Shown in pieces: positions 36,204 to 46,680 of a DNA stretch of 64,000 nucleotides (its first letter is position 1; each line of letters begins with the position of its first letter). The DNA is taken from positions 3,226 to 67,225 of the forward strand of contig MFJL01000026.1 in assembly GCA_001779195.1 (NCBI GenBank), read 5' to 3'. The translations under genes and the position numbers were made by a program. Below the pieces are notes generated by a model that made no database searches, had not been told where the DNA came from, and saw only the letters and a list, made by a program, of their open reading frames with translations. Source of the stretch: Candidatus Gottesmanbacteria bacterium RIFCSPHIGHO2_02_FULL_39_11 (lineage in GTDB: Bacteria; Patescibacteriota; Microgenomatia; 2-02-FULL-39-11).

Positions 36204-37398
36204 TTTTGTTATATTTCTTTATCGCCATTCCTAAAAGCTCCATTGCTCTTTCAAGTCTTTTCTCTTTAAGAACATAAGCAATCCGTATCTCATCTTTTCC
36301 TTTTCCGCCGCTCGCATAAAATCCGGTCGCCGGAGCAACCATAAGTGTCTCATTTTTGTCGCTGAATTCTTTGAGTAAATATTGGGCAAAGCGGTCGCTG
36401 TCTCTAATTGGAAGCTTCGGAATGATATAAAAAGCTCCCTGAGGAGGAGTGAATTTTGCACCTGTGATCTTTGAAAGACCTGAAACGATTGTATCTCTTC
36501 TGCTTTGATATACTTTTTTAATCTTTTCAGTATAGGATTTCCAATTTTTAAATGCAGGAATCATTGCAAGTTGTTCAATGGTTGCAACCGATAACCGCGA
36601 TTGTGCAAAACGAAGCATCACCTGCATAACTTCGCTGTTTTTACTTGCAACGCAGCCGATCCTTGCTCCGCAGGCATTAAATCTTTTAGATGTTGAATCG
36701 CAAATAATTAACTGGCTATGAATTTCAGAAAAACATATAAAGGGAAGAACTTTTTTATTATCAAAAACAATTTCCTGATACGTTTCGTCAGAAATAATAA
36801 ATAAATTATGTTCTTTTGCAATTTCAACAATTGTTTCTACTTCCTCATCTGTATAAACAGTCCCGGTAGGATTATTTGGGTTGCATACTACAATCCCTTT
36901 TGTTTTTTTGCCGATTGCCCTCTCTATAATTTCTTTTTTCGGCAGGTGAAATCCGTCCTCTACATGCGTCATGACAGGTTTTAAAACAATATCTCCCATA
37001 CGGGCAATGATGGCATAGCTTGTGTAAAAGGGGTCAAAAACCAAAAGCTCATCACCCGGATCACACACCGTAAAGAAAGCAAAAATAAGCCCTTCAGATC
37101 CTCCTGCTGTAACTATAATATCGTGATCTTCAATGGGATACTGCTTTGACCGGTAAAATTCTCCCCAGGCATGAATGGTTTCCGGAAATCCTAATGACGG
37201 AGCGTATTCCAAAGTTGTAAGCTTCAGTCTATGAATCTCTTTAAAAACTTCTGGAGGAGTAGGAAGATCCGGTTGCCCGATATTTACATGATAAACTGTC
37301 CTTCCCTTCTTTTTTGCTTCCTCAGCAAATGGCACAAGTTTTCGAATAGCTGATGAAGGAGTTTGGCGCCCCCGATTTGAAATGGATATTTTTTTCAT
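36193..37398 (-). CDS. Class I/II PLP aminotransferase (AspC-like)
   Basis: NIGQPD, NPNNPTG, SDETY, STSKRF...RIG. Confidence 0.88.
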   Translation of the reverse strand: MKKISISNRGRQTPSSAIRKLVPFAEEAKKKGRTVYHVNIGQPDLPTPPEVFKEIHRLKLTTLEYAPSLGFPETIHAWGEFYRSKQYPIEDHDIIVTAGGSEGLIFAFFTVCDPGDELLVFDPFYTSYAIIARMGDIVLKPVMTHVEDGFHLPKKEIIERAIGKKTKGIVVCNPNNPTGTVYTDEEVETIVEIAKEHNLFIISDETYQEIVFDNKKVLPFICFSEIHSQLIICDSTSKRFNACGARIGCVASKNSEVMQVMLRFAQSRLSVATIEQLAMIPAFKNWKSYTEKIKKVYQSRRDTIVSGLSKITGAKFTPPQGAFYIIPKLPIRDSDRFAQYLLKEFSDKNETLMVAPATGFYASGGKGKDEIRIAYVLKEKRLERAMELLGMAIKKYNKMSS

Positions 37399-37401
37399 AA
37401 C

Positions 37402-38901
37402 TTATCCTAAACTTTTTCTAAGCACTCCGGATCTGGTTATAAGATCCGAGACTTTTTTATGGTGCCGATCCTCGTAAATAGTGTCCGTCAATTCTTTATG
37501 TTCAAAATGAGACGGTTCTTTCGGTCCTAACTCAATATGAAAAATCTCTTCAATGCCTTCTATATCTTTTCGCAATCCGTTTAAGTTTTTTATGCTTCCT
37601 ATAGTCTTTTCAAGAGTATTTTGATTGAAAAAATAACCTGCCTGGATGATATCATTTTTAAGTGTGGGGTACAAATGTAAAATTTCAGAAAGTACACCTT
37701 TCTTTTTGGCATCTAGTAGTCCCCGCCCGGTTCCTATAATCTCAGGCGGAATCCCTATGGAATAAAGAGAAGCAGTAAAGGGAATTGCCCGGGGTAATGT
37801 CACTTTTCCGACTCCTCTGCTGTATCCAAACAATCCTACATGCTGCACCCGTTCGCGCCTTTTTGCTACCTGTTTACTCAGAATATTTATAAGCGGCGCA
37901 ATTTTTTCAATCGTTTCCCGATATGGTTTTTCAAAAAAGGAAACTGATTCTTTTGCAGTATTTTCAAGTTTCTTAGGAACGGAGACGGCACTTAGATGGG
38001 GAAGTTCCCTATTTAATTCGTGAATTGCTTCCTTGACTCTTTTCTCAGCATAATCATATCTAAAAGCACTTTGAATTGTGAGAGTTCTTACCCCCGGATA
38101 TTTTTGAATGGTTTCTGAAGTAGTTAACGGATTTACCCCTCCCCTAAAAGGAAGAGAGCCGGTCCCCAGCATCGGGAAAAGTTTTACTCCGGTTTCACTC
38201 TCCAAAGATGAGAAATTTGATAAAGCGCATCTGACTGCGAGCATTGTTGCAACCAGTCCTGAATTTAATGCCGGATCGCTTCTGGCACAATAGGGTCTTA
38301 GGTATTGGGGTTTTTTGCCGAATTTTTTAAGATGGAGTGAAATATATTTTTTTATGATGTTGCTTGATTCAAATATGCGCTCTACTTGCTCAAAAAGAGG
38401 AATAATTTCAATATGCTGAATGGAGTCTTCCATTTTCAACAGTTTGTGATCGATTGCGACAAGTTCACGAAATGCTTCCTGAATGTCCATAATCTCAGAA
38501 GCGGTCTCAGTAAGAGGGAGGATGGTTTCAAAAATAGGCGGGCTTGAGAATCCCAGACTTTCAGCCAACTGTGAACTGGTTATCATAACCATAAAGGCTC
38601 GTGCCAGTCTGAACTGCTTTTCAATCCGGGGATTAGGGATGCGGAATGTCAGAAATTTTTCTTTGCCCAGAGAGTGACTTTTAAAATAATCAAAGTATTT
38701 ATGCAAAAGCCGGTCAACAACGGCCTCATCCACAAACTTTCCCTCCCAGTCCCAGTTATATTCATCCATCCCGAGATTATTAAAACAATAATAAGCCTCG
38801 CGGGGTTCGGTTCCGGTTGATATATAAGCACGGGAATTCCAAAGAGGACGTCCTGCATTGTCCGGATGCTGAGTAGCCATGGTAGAGGGAATTTTGCGCA
38901 T
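37402..38901 (-). CDS. ppcA: Archaeal-type phosphoenolpyruvate carboxylase
   Basis: IPSTMATQHPDN, WDWEGK, ARSDPALN, GSLPFRG, TIQSAF.YD, LPRAI.F; 499 aa. Confidence 0.92.
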   Translation of the reverse strand: MRKIPSTMATQHPDNAGRPLWNSRAYISTGTEPREAYYCFNNLGMDEYNWDWEGKFVDEAVVDRLLHKYFDYFKSHSLGKEKFLTFRIPNPRIEKQFRLARAFMVMITSSQLAESLGFSSPPIFETILPLTETASEIMDIQEAFRELVAIDHKLLKMEDSIQHIEIIPLFEQVERIFESSNIIKKYISLHLKKFGKKPQYLRPYCARSDPALNSGLVATMLAVRCALSNFSSLESETGVKLFPMLGTGSLPFRGGVNPLTTSETIQKYPGVRTLTIQSAFRYDYAEKRVKEAIHELNRELPHLSAVSVPKKLENTAKESVSFFEKPYRETIEKIAPLINILSKQVAKRRERVQHVGLFGYSRGVGKVTLPRAIPFTASLYSIGIPPEIIGTGRGLLDAKKKGVLSEILHLYPTLKNDIIQAGYFFNQNTLEKTIGSIKNLNGLRKDIEGIEEIFHIELGPKEPSHFEHKELTDTIYEDRHHKKVSDLITRSGVLRKSLG

Positions 38902-38911
38902 ATAATGAATA

Positions 38912-38997
38912 TGTCATTCTGAGCGGAGCGAAGAATCCCGACCGATTGCATAATCCCAACGGGATCCTTCCCCCCGCGAACGGGGATCAGGATGACA
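38912..38997. repeat. GTCAT...ATGAC palindromic element
   Basis: TGTCATTCTGAGCGGAGCGAAGAATCCC...GGGATCCTTC...TCAGGATGACA. Confidence 0.8.
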
Positions 38998-38999
38998 AC

Positions 39000-40652
39000 T
39001 CAATTCGAAACTTTAACATCAATGAGCGTCAACTGCAACTTTTTCTCTCCATTCCACTCATTCTCGCAAACCCTATATACAATGTCCAAATGGTTATTTT
39101 CGATAAACTCGGATACCCTTTCCCCCATTCCAAAACCCATTGCTTCATAGTAAGTATTATTTTTTGAATCTTTTATTTTTATTTTCAGATGGCTCCCTGT
39201 TTTTCCTACAAACCTTTTTTCAACTATTTCCGCATTTTTTGAAAGAAACACCGGCTCCGGATTTGCAACCCCGAAGGGCTTTAACAATTCAACGGTTTTT
39301 AACAGTTTAGTATCTAAAGCGGAAAGGGGAAGTTGGGCATCAACCGGTATTTCCTTTTCCATTTTTCTGCCCTTTAATATTTTCTTTGCTTTTTTCTCTA
39401 AAACTTCTTGAAGTTTCTCTACATTTTCAAGTTTGACGGTAAATCCTGCTGCCATAGGATGTCCTCCTACATCTACAAACCAACCTATCTCCTCCCTAAA
39501 AAATTCAACGATGTTAAATCCCGCAACTGATCTTGCCGAAGCTTTGGCAAATTCCTTTCCTAATGACATTACAACTGAAGGCTTGTTGTATTTTTCCGTA
39601 AGTTTTCCTGCAACCAAACCGATTATTCCTTCATTAAATTCTTCATGGCTGATAATTAGTATCGACTCATCTTTTTTAACCATCTCAAATGCAATATCCG
39701 TTGATTCGCGGGTCAAGTCCTGACGATTTGTGTTGGTATAGCCCAATATGCGAGCCAGCTCACGGGCACGTTTACCATCTGTTGTGCATAACAGCCTTAG
39801 CGCATCCATTGCGTGGGTAATCCTTCCCATGGCGTTAATTCGCGGAGCAATGATGTGTCCTATGTGATAAGTATCTATTTCCTTATCTTTTAATCCTGAT
39901 TGTTCAATAAGGGCAAGTAAACCCAAACGCTTTGTATTATTTAATCTTTCCAGTCCGAATTTTACAATTGCCCGGTTAGGACCCGTCAGAGGAACCAGAT
40001 CAGCAACCGTTCCAATAACCGCCAAGTCCAGATAATTTTTTTTCAATTCTTCAAAAGAAATTTCTTTAACAACAGATCTTAGGTAATTTGAAAAAAACCA
40101 GGAAATTCCGGATGCGCACAACCCGGTGGTATGAACCAATGCAAAAGGCTTAGGAGGATTTTTAGGTATTAAATGATGATCAAGAATAATTACATCCATT
40201 CCTAAGTGTTTGGCATACTCTACTTTTTCTCCTGATGTTATTCCGTGATCAACGGTTATAAGAAGTGCAGGATTAAATTCCTTCTTTATATTTTCAATTC
40301 CAAGTTTTGATAAGCCATACCCCTCACGTACCCGGTGAGGAACATACGGCATGACATGCCCCCCTAACTTATAAAGAGTTTCCCAAAGAATGGCACCTCC
40401 TGAAACTCCATCCGCGTCATAATCTGTATAGACAACTATCGATTCCCGATTTTTAATTGCTTTTTTAATTCTTACAACCGCAATATCTGCTTCTTTTTTA
40501 TCAATTCCGGTTGTCTGAAACGTAATGCTTTCTAATGTAGGATGCAGAAAACTTTCTTCATCTTTTTTCCCTATATTCCTATTTTTTAATAAAATCGAAA
40601 ATAAATTTTGTGAAGTTACTTCTTCTTGCGATAACAGTTTCCACGTTGTCAT
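39000..40652 (-). CDS. recJ: ssDNA exonuclease RecJ
   Basis: DYDADG, TVDHG, LDHH, APRINA.GR, GGHPMAAG. Confidence 0.95.
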   Translation of the reverse strand: MTTWKLLSQEEVTSQNLFSILLKNRNIGKKDEESFLHPTLESITFQTTGIDKKEADIAVVRIKKAIKNRESIVVYTDYDADGVSGGAILWETLYKLGGHVMPYVPHRVREGYGLSKLGIENIKKEFNPALLITVDHGITSGEKVEYAKHLGMDVIILDHHLIPKNPPKPFALVHTTGLCASGISWFFSNYLRSVVKEISFEELKKNYLDLAVIGTVADLVPLTGPNRAIVKFGLERLNNTKRLGLLALIEQSGLKDKEIDTYHIGHIIAPRINAMGRITHAMDALRLLCTTDGKRARELARILGYTNTNRQDLTRESTDIAFEMVKKDESILIISHEEFNEGIIGLVAGKLTEKYNKPSVVMSLGKEFAKASARSVAGFNIVEFFREEIGWFVDVGGHPMAAGFTVKLENVEKLQEVLEKKAKKILKGRKMEKEIPVDAQLPLSALDTKLLKTVELLKPFGVANPEPVFLSKNAEIVEKRFVGKTGSHLKIKIKDSKNNTYYEAMGFGMGERVSEFIENNHLDIVYRVCENEWNGEKKLQLTLIDVKVSN

Positions 40653-40699
40653 AGGAGATATAGTACAATAATACAAGATTTTGTCATTATACTATTAAT

Positions 40700-42049
40700 A
40701 TGTCATATTCACTTCCTCAATCAGTACAAGATTTAATAAAACAATTTCGCCATTCTAGATTTGAAATCTATGCTGTTGGTGGAGCTGTTAGAAATATGCT
40801 TCTTGGCAAACTTTCAAACGATTGGGATTTTACAACTAATGCAAAACCCGAAGAGATTCAAAAACTGTTTCCTGACTCGTTCTATGATAATTCTTTTGGC
40901 ACAGTCGGAATTCCCATTAAGGATAATGATGGAAATACCGAGTCCGTATATGAAGTAACTACGTTTAGATCCGATAGGAATTATTCAGATTCACGTCATC
41001 CTGATTCCGTAGCATGGGGAAGCTCTTTGCAAGAGGACCTCTTGAGAAGAGATTTTACAATAAATGCTATAGTATATGATGGAAAGTCTATTATTGATCC
41101 GTTAAACGGACAGGAGGATCTGAAAAATAAACTGGTAAAAGCCGTTGGAGATCCCCAAAAAAGATTTCAGGAGGATGCGCTTCGCATGATGCGGGCAGTT
41201 CGCATTGCAACGGAATTGGGATTTGCAATTGATGAGAGTACTTTTGATGCAATCAAAAAAAACGCGCCCCTCCTTTCTAAAATTTCAGGGGAAAGAATAC
41301 GGGATGAACTTATAAAAATACTCTCCTCAGATTATCCCTCTGACGGGATCATGGTTTTAAAAAATTCCACACTTCTCGATAGTATCATCCCCGAGTTTGT
41401 AATCTGTTTTGGAGTTGGTCAGATAAGCCCTAAAAGACACCATACCCTGGATGTCGGGACGCATCTTATTGAATCTCTCAGGAATTGTCCCTCAAAAGAT
41501 CCCATTGTACGGCTTGCAACTCTTCTTCATGACATCGGAAAACCGCAGACGCGCAAAGAAATTGACGGAGTAATTACTTTTTATAATCACGAAATAGTGG
41601 GGGCGGGAATTGTCAGAAGAATACTGGATCGTCTCCATTTTTCCAAAAAAGACAGAGAAAAAATTTACCGGTTAGTAAGATTTCATCAGTTTACCGTTGA
41701 TGAAAGACAGACGGATTCGGCCCTTCGAAGAATTCTAAGAAATGTAGGAGTTGAGAATATGGATAACATGTTAGCTCTTCGAACCGGAGACAGACTAGGC
41801 GGAGGAGCACGGGAAACTTCCTGGCGACTTGAACTTTTTAAGAAACGCCTCATTGAAGTTCAGATTATTCCGTTTTCCGTGCAGGATTTAAAAATAAGCG
41901 GATATGATGTGATGAAAGAATTAAATATAAAACCCGGCCCTCAAGTCGGAAAAATCCTGAATGAAATTTTTGAAAAAGTGGAAAAAGGAGAGTTGAAAAA
42001 TGAAAGAGAAGTTTTATTAAAATATATTCAATCCAATCAGCATTTCTAA
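40700..42049 (+). CDS. cca: tRNA nucleotidyltransferase with HD domain
   Basis: VGGAVR, DWD, RRDFTINA, EDALRMMR, LLHDIGK. Confidence 0.9.
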   Translation: MSYSLPQSVQDLIKQFRHSRFEIYAVGGAVRNMLLGKLSNDWDFTTNAKPEEIQKLFPDSFYDNSFGTVGIPIKDNDGNTESVYEVTTFRSDRNYSDSRHPDSVAWGSSLQEDLLRRDFTINAIVYDGKSIIDPLNGQEDLKNKLVKAVGDPQKRFQEDALRMMRAVRIATELGFAIDESTFDAIKKNAPLLSKISGERIRDELIKILSSDYPSDGIMVLKNSTLLDSIIPEFVICFGVGQISPKRHHTLDVGTHLIESLRNCPSKDPIVRLATLLHDIGKPQTRKEIDGVITFYNHEIVGAGIVRRILDRLHFSKKDREKIYRLVRFHQFTVDERQTDSALRRILRNVGVENMDNMLALRTGDRLGGGARETSWRLELFKKRLIEVQIIPFSVQDLKISGYDVMKELNIKPGPQVGKILNEIFEKVEKGELKNEREVLLKYIQSNQHF

Positions 42050-42052
42050 ATC

Positions 42053-42132
42053 AAAACGGAACGAGTTACAAATACCTTCCGGCTTCAAAGTATTTAAAAC
42101 GGAACGGATTACAAATACCTTCCGGCTTAAAA
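42053..42132. repeat. Two-copy direct repeat, period 43 bp
   Basis: AAAACGGAACG(AG/GA)TTACAAATACCTTCCGGCTT at 42053 and 42096. Confidence 0.85.
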
Positions 42133-42142
42133 CTTAGTTCTT

Positions 42143-42487
42143 TTATTCAATTGTCATCTCGCTGGGAAAACCATCAAGTCGTCTTATAAATCGTTTTACA
42201 TCCTCCGGATCACCGCTATAAAATTCATAGTATCGGTCATCACTTAATAGGCTTTGGCTTCCATCACCATTTACTCTAAATATTTCTCCGCTTTTTCCGT
42301 ATCTGCCACACACTTCTATTTTTCCTTTAGACAAGCCTTCTTGTATAGCAATATCAATATGGCTCTCAGTGCCAAATCCCCATTTATCAGCCGTATACAA
42401 TGTACCACCGGCAAATATATATGGTACAGAAGATCTATCAAGTACTAAACCATTTCTACGATCATAACTTTCTACTGGATGAGACAT
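42143..42487 (-). CDS. Hypothetical protein coupled to secF
   Basis: ATG overlaps the secF stop (TAATG). Confidence 0.55.
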   Translation of the reverse strand: MSHPVESYDRRNGLVLDRSSVPYIFAGGTLYTADKWGFGTESHIDIAIQEGLSKGKIEVCGRYGKSGEIFRVNGDGSQSLLSDDRYYEFYSGDPEDVKRFIRRLDGFPSEMTIE

Positions 42488-43383
42488 TATTTTTTCTTCC
42501 TCTCTTCCCACAAAACTAATAATGGTGCTGCGTTAAATATGGATGAGTAAGTACCCGATAGTATACCGATTAATAGTGCTACGGCAAACCACCGGATGGA
42601 CTCTCCTCCGAAAAGAACGAGTGCCAGAATAGTGAGAAGTACAGTCAAAGATGTAGAAAGAGAACGGACGAGTGTCTGATTCATTGAGAAATTCACTATT
42701 TCTGAAAAATGTACTTCCGGCATTTTACGAAGATTTTCCCGGACCCGGTCAAAAACAACGATGGTATCATGTACGGAAAATCCCATGACAGTCAGAAGTG
42801 CTGTTATAAAAAGACTATCAACTTCAACTTTTAAGAAATGTCCGAGTATTGAAAATAGACCGACAACAACCAAAACATCATGGATAAGGGCAACTACTGC
42901 GCATACTCCGAATGCAATCGGGGAATACGGTTTGGGAATTTTGCGAAACGACCAGGCAATATACAAAATGATAAACAGAGAAGCAACGAGTACTGCCTTA
43001 ACGGCATTGAGTGTCGTTTCCTGACCTACACTCGGTCCAACTGTCTCGTATTTTTTCTGAATAACGGTACCCCCTATTTCTTTTTCAGCTGAGGATAGAA
43101 TCTCCCGACTTTTATTTACGTCAATCGGTTTCATTCTCAGTAAATACGAATCATCACCTGCCTCTGCAACGGATGCTACCTCTACTCCGCTTTTTACAAT
43201 CACATCTTTCAGTTTTTCTTTTGAGAATCCAGGAGACGGATTTTTTATCTGATACTCAAGAAGAGTTCCTCCGGTAAAATCAATGGAAGGACTAAGACCC
43301 CACAAGATAAGCGAAATAGTACCCGGAATAATAATAAGACCGGAGATAATAAAATAGAGGGTTTTTTTCCCGATGATATTCAT
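42487..43383 (-). CDS. secF: Protein translocase subunit SecF
   Basis: IDFTGG, VGPSVG, HD, DTIVVFDRVREN, GTYSSIF. Confidence 0.95.
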   Translation of the reverse strand: MNIIGKKTLYFIISGLIIIPGTISLILWGLSPSIDFTGGTLLEYQIKNPSPGFSKEKLKDVIVKSGVEVASVAEAGDDSYLLRMKPIDVNKSREILSSAEKEIGGTVIQKKYETVGPSVGQETTLNAVKAVLVASLFIILYIAWSFRKIPKPYSPIAFGVCAVVALIHDVLVVVGLFSILGHFLKVEVDSLFITALLTVMGFSVHDTIVVFDRVRENLRKMPEVHFSEIVNFSMNQTLVRSLSTSLTVLLTILALVLFGGESIRWFAVALLIGILSGTYSSIFNAAPLLVLWEERKKK

Positions 43384-43393
43384 GATTTGCTTT

Positions 43394-43494
43394 TGTCATT
43401 CCCGCGAAGGCGGGAATCCAATCATTTAGATAAAAATACTAATAATAAAACTTATTTATTAAGGAGTGGATCCCGGGTCAAGCCCGGGATGACA
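43394..43494. repeat. GTCAT...ATGAC composite palindrome, uninterrupted form
   Basis: GTCATTCCCGCGAAGGCGGGAATCCA-spacer-TGGATCCCGGGTCAAGCCCGGGATGAC. Confidence 0.9.
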
Positions 43495-43500
43495 CCATAT

Positions 43501-44829
43501 TTAATCCTTATAAATCATTCCTAAAAACGTTCTGGTAATTACAACCGCGCTAAAAAGTGAAACTAAAATACCGATTGCCAAAGTGATTGCAAAGCCTCTT
43601 ATGGTTCCGCTCCCAAAGTAATACAAAATACCGCATGTCAGAAGTGAGGATACATTTGAATCCCGAATAGACGGATATGCCCGGTCAAAACCCAATCTAA
43701 GCGCGGATACAAAACTGTGTCCCCATCCCCTCTCTTCTTTCATTCTCTCAAATATTAAAATATTGGCATCAACCGCCATTCCAACTGATAGAATAAACCC
43801 GGCAATTCCTGCAAGAGTCAGAGTGACCGGAATAATTTTAAATATAGCAAGAGTTAGAAATGTATAGATAACCAGTGCACAAACGGCGACTATTCCTAAA
43901 ATTCCGTACTGGACGATCATAAAAACAGCAATAATAGTAAGCCCAATTCCGCCCGCTAGTAAACTTTTATCAATGGATGACTGTCCCAGAGTTGCTCCGA
44001 TGTTTCTTTCTTCAATAGGCTTAAGAGGAACGGGAAGCGCGCCTGCGTTTAGGGCAATTGAGAGTTTTTTTGCTTCATCTACTCCAAAACTTCCGTTAAT
44101 AACCGCTTTTCCTCCGTCGATTCTCTCGCTTACGTTCGGAGCTGAAAGAAGCTCGTTATCCAAAAATATCGCCAGTGTCTTTCCTATGTTTCGAGAAGTA
44201 ATGTCTGAAAATAGCTTTGATCCGGCTTCATCAAACTCCAAAGATACCTGCGGAACTCCTGTTTTCGGATCAAAGGTAACTTCAGATTTTTTCAGCTGTT
44301 TGCCTGTCAGTTTTGTCTCTTTAGGCCAGACTTCCAACAGACCTGACGGTGTTGCTACTTTGGCGCTTTCAGATGCTTCCTCCCGAAAAGTCAGTTGGGC
44401 AGTTTTGCCGATAAGATCAACCGCCTGGTGTACATCAGTCACCCCCGGAATTTCTGCAATAATCCGGTATGAGTTTCCCACTTTTGACTGCTGAATAACC
44501 GGCTCGGTAAGACCATACAGATTTACCCGTCTTTCAACAACCGTTTTAGCAGCATCAAAAGCACTTTTCCTGTCACTTTCGGCAACCCCGGTCATATCAG
44601 CCTCTAAAACCAGATGGGTTCCTCCGGAGAGGTCCAAACCAAATTTAGGAGGAAATGACTTTACGATATTAATTGGCCCTAAATGAATATTAAATTCAAG
44701 AGGATGAAGAGTACGGTTAATGTTAATTGGTCCGGCGTGAATATTCAAAGGAACACTGGGGATGTTAATAAGAACCGCGTAAAGGGTAATGATAAAAATG
44801 ATACCGATAAGAAATTTATTTTGTCTCAT
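43501..44829 (-). CDS. secD: Protein translocase subunit SecD
   Basis: GLDLSGG, AGALP, GMAVDANILIFERMKEE, GFAITL. Confidence 0.95.
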   Translation of the reverse strand: MRQNKFLIGIIFIITLYAVLINIPSVPLNIHAGPININRTLHPLEFNIHLGPINIVKSFPPKFGLDLSGGTHLVLEADMTGVAESDRKSAFDAAKTVVERRVNLYGLTEPVIQQSKVGNSYRIIAEIPGVTDVHQAVDLIGKTAQLTFREEASESAKVATPSGLLEVWPKETKLTGKQLKKSEVTFDPKTGVPQVSLEFDEAGSKLFSDITSRNIGKTLAIFLDNELLSAPNVSERIDGGKAVINGSFGVDEAKKLSIALNAGALPVPLKPIEERNIGATLGQSSIDKSLLAGGIGLTIIAVFMIVQYGILGIVAVCALVIYTFLTLAIFKIIPVTLTLAGIAGFILSVGMAVDANILIFERMKEERGWGHSFVSALRLGFDRAYPSIRDSNVSSLLTCGILYYFGSGTIRGFAITLAIGILVSLFSAVVITRTFLGMIYKD

Positions 44830-45401
44830 CTTACCAATTCCTCTTCATCCCCTATTACCATAATCCGGGAACCTTTTAAAATTTCAAGAACAAAAGGATC
44901 CCGTCTATTTTTTCGAAACTCAAACTCTTCTTCACTCATTACCGTGTAATTAATCTCTTTTTCCCGCCTTACCTCCTCAGCTCTTACGATTTGATTTATT
45001 TCCGGTAATACTACCTTACCAACCAACAAGAGGTCAACCTCGTTTGCGTTTTTCTTTAAATTACGGGCAAATTTTCCTGCTATCATGGCAAACTTTACTT
45101 TGCCCAGCTTGGGCTTATTTTTGATAATTTCTCCGCCCATTCCTGTTGTTTTTACGATAAGTTCTAAAAGATCGTAATAAATGGAATAGTCCTTTCGAAG
45201 TGAATAAAAAAGCCGATTTGCCCGGTGCTCCTTACTCATGATCCCCTTTTTCTCAAGATGGGAAAGTTCTCTGCGGACCGCATTTATTTCCTCACTCGTC
45301 CGTCTTACAATCTCCCGGACATGATAGATAGTCTCAGGATTTGAGAAAAATAATTCGAGGATTTTGACCCTCACCCGCGAGACAATTAGATCATGTAGCA
45401 T
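44826..45401 (-). CDS. wHTH + nucleotidyltransferase-like putative regulator
   Basis: SRVRVKIL..F, HVREIVR, INAVRREL, VDLLLVG, INYTVM. Confidence 0.75.
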   Translation of the reverse strand: MLHDLIVSRVRVKILELFFSNPETIYHVREIVRRTSEEINAVRRELSHLEKKGIMSKEHRANRLFYSLRKDYSIYYDLLELIVKTTGMGGEIIKNKPKLGKVKFAMIAGKFARNLKKNANEVDLLLVGKVVLPEINQIVRAEEVRREKEINYTVMSEEEFEFRKNRRDPFVLEILKGSRIMVIGDEEELVR

Positions 45402-45441
45402 AATTACTCCTATACGGGCAGGCCTTTAAATAATTAAAATT

Positions 45442-46623
45442 TCATTGGTATGTCACTTGGCTTTCATTTGGAATAAGTTCAATCCAGATAAGGCCCCGGT
45501 TAAATTCGATCTCTTTTCCATCCGGCCCAAAATACTGGGTCCGTCCAATCCTGCTTTTTTTAGACCACGTCCCCATAATTTGTTTGCCGTCCTTAAAAAT
45601 AAGTGCCTTGCCGCCTCCTATAGTCCCGTACAGCAAATGTCCGTGTTCATCCACCGGCCCGGTCAATTTAGTAAGCTGAACAACTACATTTTTAACCCTG
45701 AGTTGCTCCTTTGTTGTCAGATCAAGATGAGCCGCTCCTCCCGTCTTTCTCTTGTAACTATTTGAAGCTTTGTCATAATCCCACTCCGCGTCATATTTTT
45801 CATACCCCTGGCTAAACTGGACTTTAACCGTATTTACGGCACTTTGATCCGTTGGCGAACCGTCTATAAATTTCCATGGGGTAAAGTTTTTATCCCATGC
45901 AATTCCCCGGTCATCTACATTGGTCCACTCTCTTTTTTCGGCTATCTTATATAGATTTTCAGAGAAACATACCATGGTATGCTCTGTAGCCACCGGATGG
46001 TCTAATCTATCAGGATTTCTGTAGCAGTCAGGATACCCGATGCCGAACTGATCCATATCTTTTATGCGATAGTTCTGGATTTGACACAGTGCTTTTGCAC
46101 GCGGGTCAACGGTATCATCCGGACATCTCCCGGCTCCTCCTACATGGTTATATAAAGCGTCATACTCTGAAACATAGTCCACATAATAGGTACGGGCTGA
46201 CCGCACAGGAGCAAATTCAATATTTTCAAAGGGTGTATTGCAATAAAAAACACCCATAAGTCTTGTGATCCATCCTTCAGCCAGTGCTTCGTAAATAATG
46301 TCAGCTCGGGAAATTCCCGACTGAGGTCTAGCCTCTTCCGTATTTTCAATCATGACGGCAAGAGGACGCCTAGTTGCCCATACCTCTTCTTCCTTTTTGG
46401 TATATTTCATACCGTTTAAGGGACATTCTTCGGTTTTGGGCAAAGATGGATCGACTTTGTATTTGGGTGTCGGAGAGACAGAAGTTTTAGGAGATTTTCC
46501 GTCCAGGCCCGATATATCTGCAAGCCCCTCTGAATTTACCCTGCTAAATCCCATAAAAGATACTCCGGTCACAACCAGATATAATCCTAAGCCACCAATA
46601 AGATAGGACAGCTTTTTATTCAT
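45442..46623 (-). CDS. DUF3048-domain exported protein
   Basis: PLNG, RPLAVMIEN, ARPQSG, ADIIYE, PVRSAR; start ATG 46623. Confidence 0.85.
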   Translation of the reverse strand: MNKKLSYLIGGLGLYLVVTGVSFMGFSRVNSEGLADISGLDGKSPKTSVSPTPKYKVDPSLPKTEECPLNGMKYTKKEEEVWATRRPLAVMIENTEEARPQSGISRADIIYEALAEGWITRLMGVFYCNTPFENIEFAPVRSARTYYVDYVSEYDALYNHVGGAGRCPDDTVDPRAKALCQIQNYRIKDMDQFGIGYPDCYRNPDRLDHPVATEHTMVCFSENLYKIAEKREWTNVDDRGIAWDKNFTPWKFIDGSPTDQSAVNTVKVQFSQGYEKYDAEWDYDKASNSYKRKTGGAAHLDLTTKEQLRVKNVVVQLTKLTGPVDEHGHLLYGTIGGGKALIFKDGKQIMGTWSKKSRIGRTQYFGPDGKEIEFNRGLIWIELIPNESQVTYQ

Positions 46624-46680
46624 AAACAATTCTCTCCTTTTTAAAACTAATAACTGACAACTAATAACCAACAACCGACT

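Noticed and set aside
42053-42132. Mini-CRISPR
   Set aside because: Only two units with about 10 bp between them.
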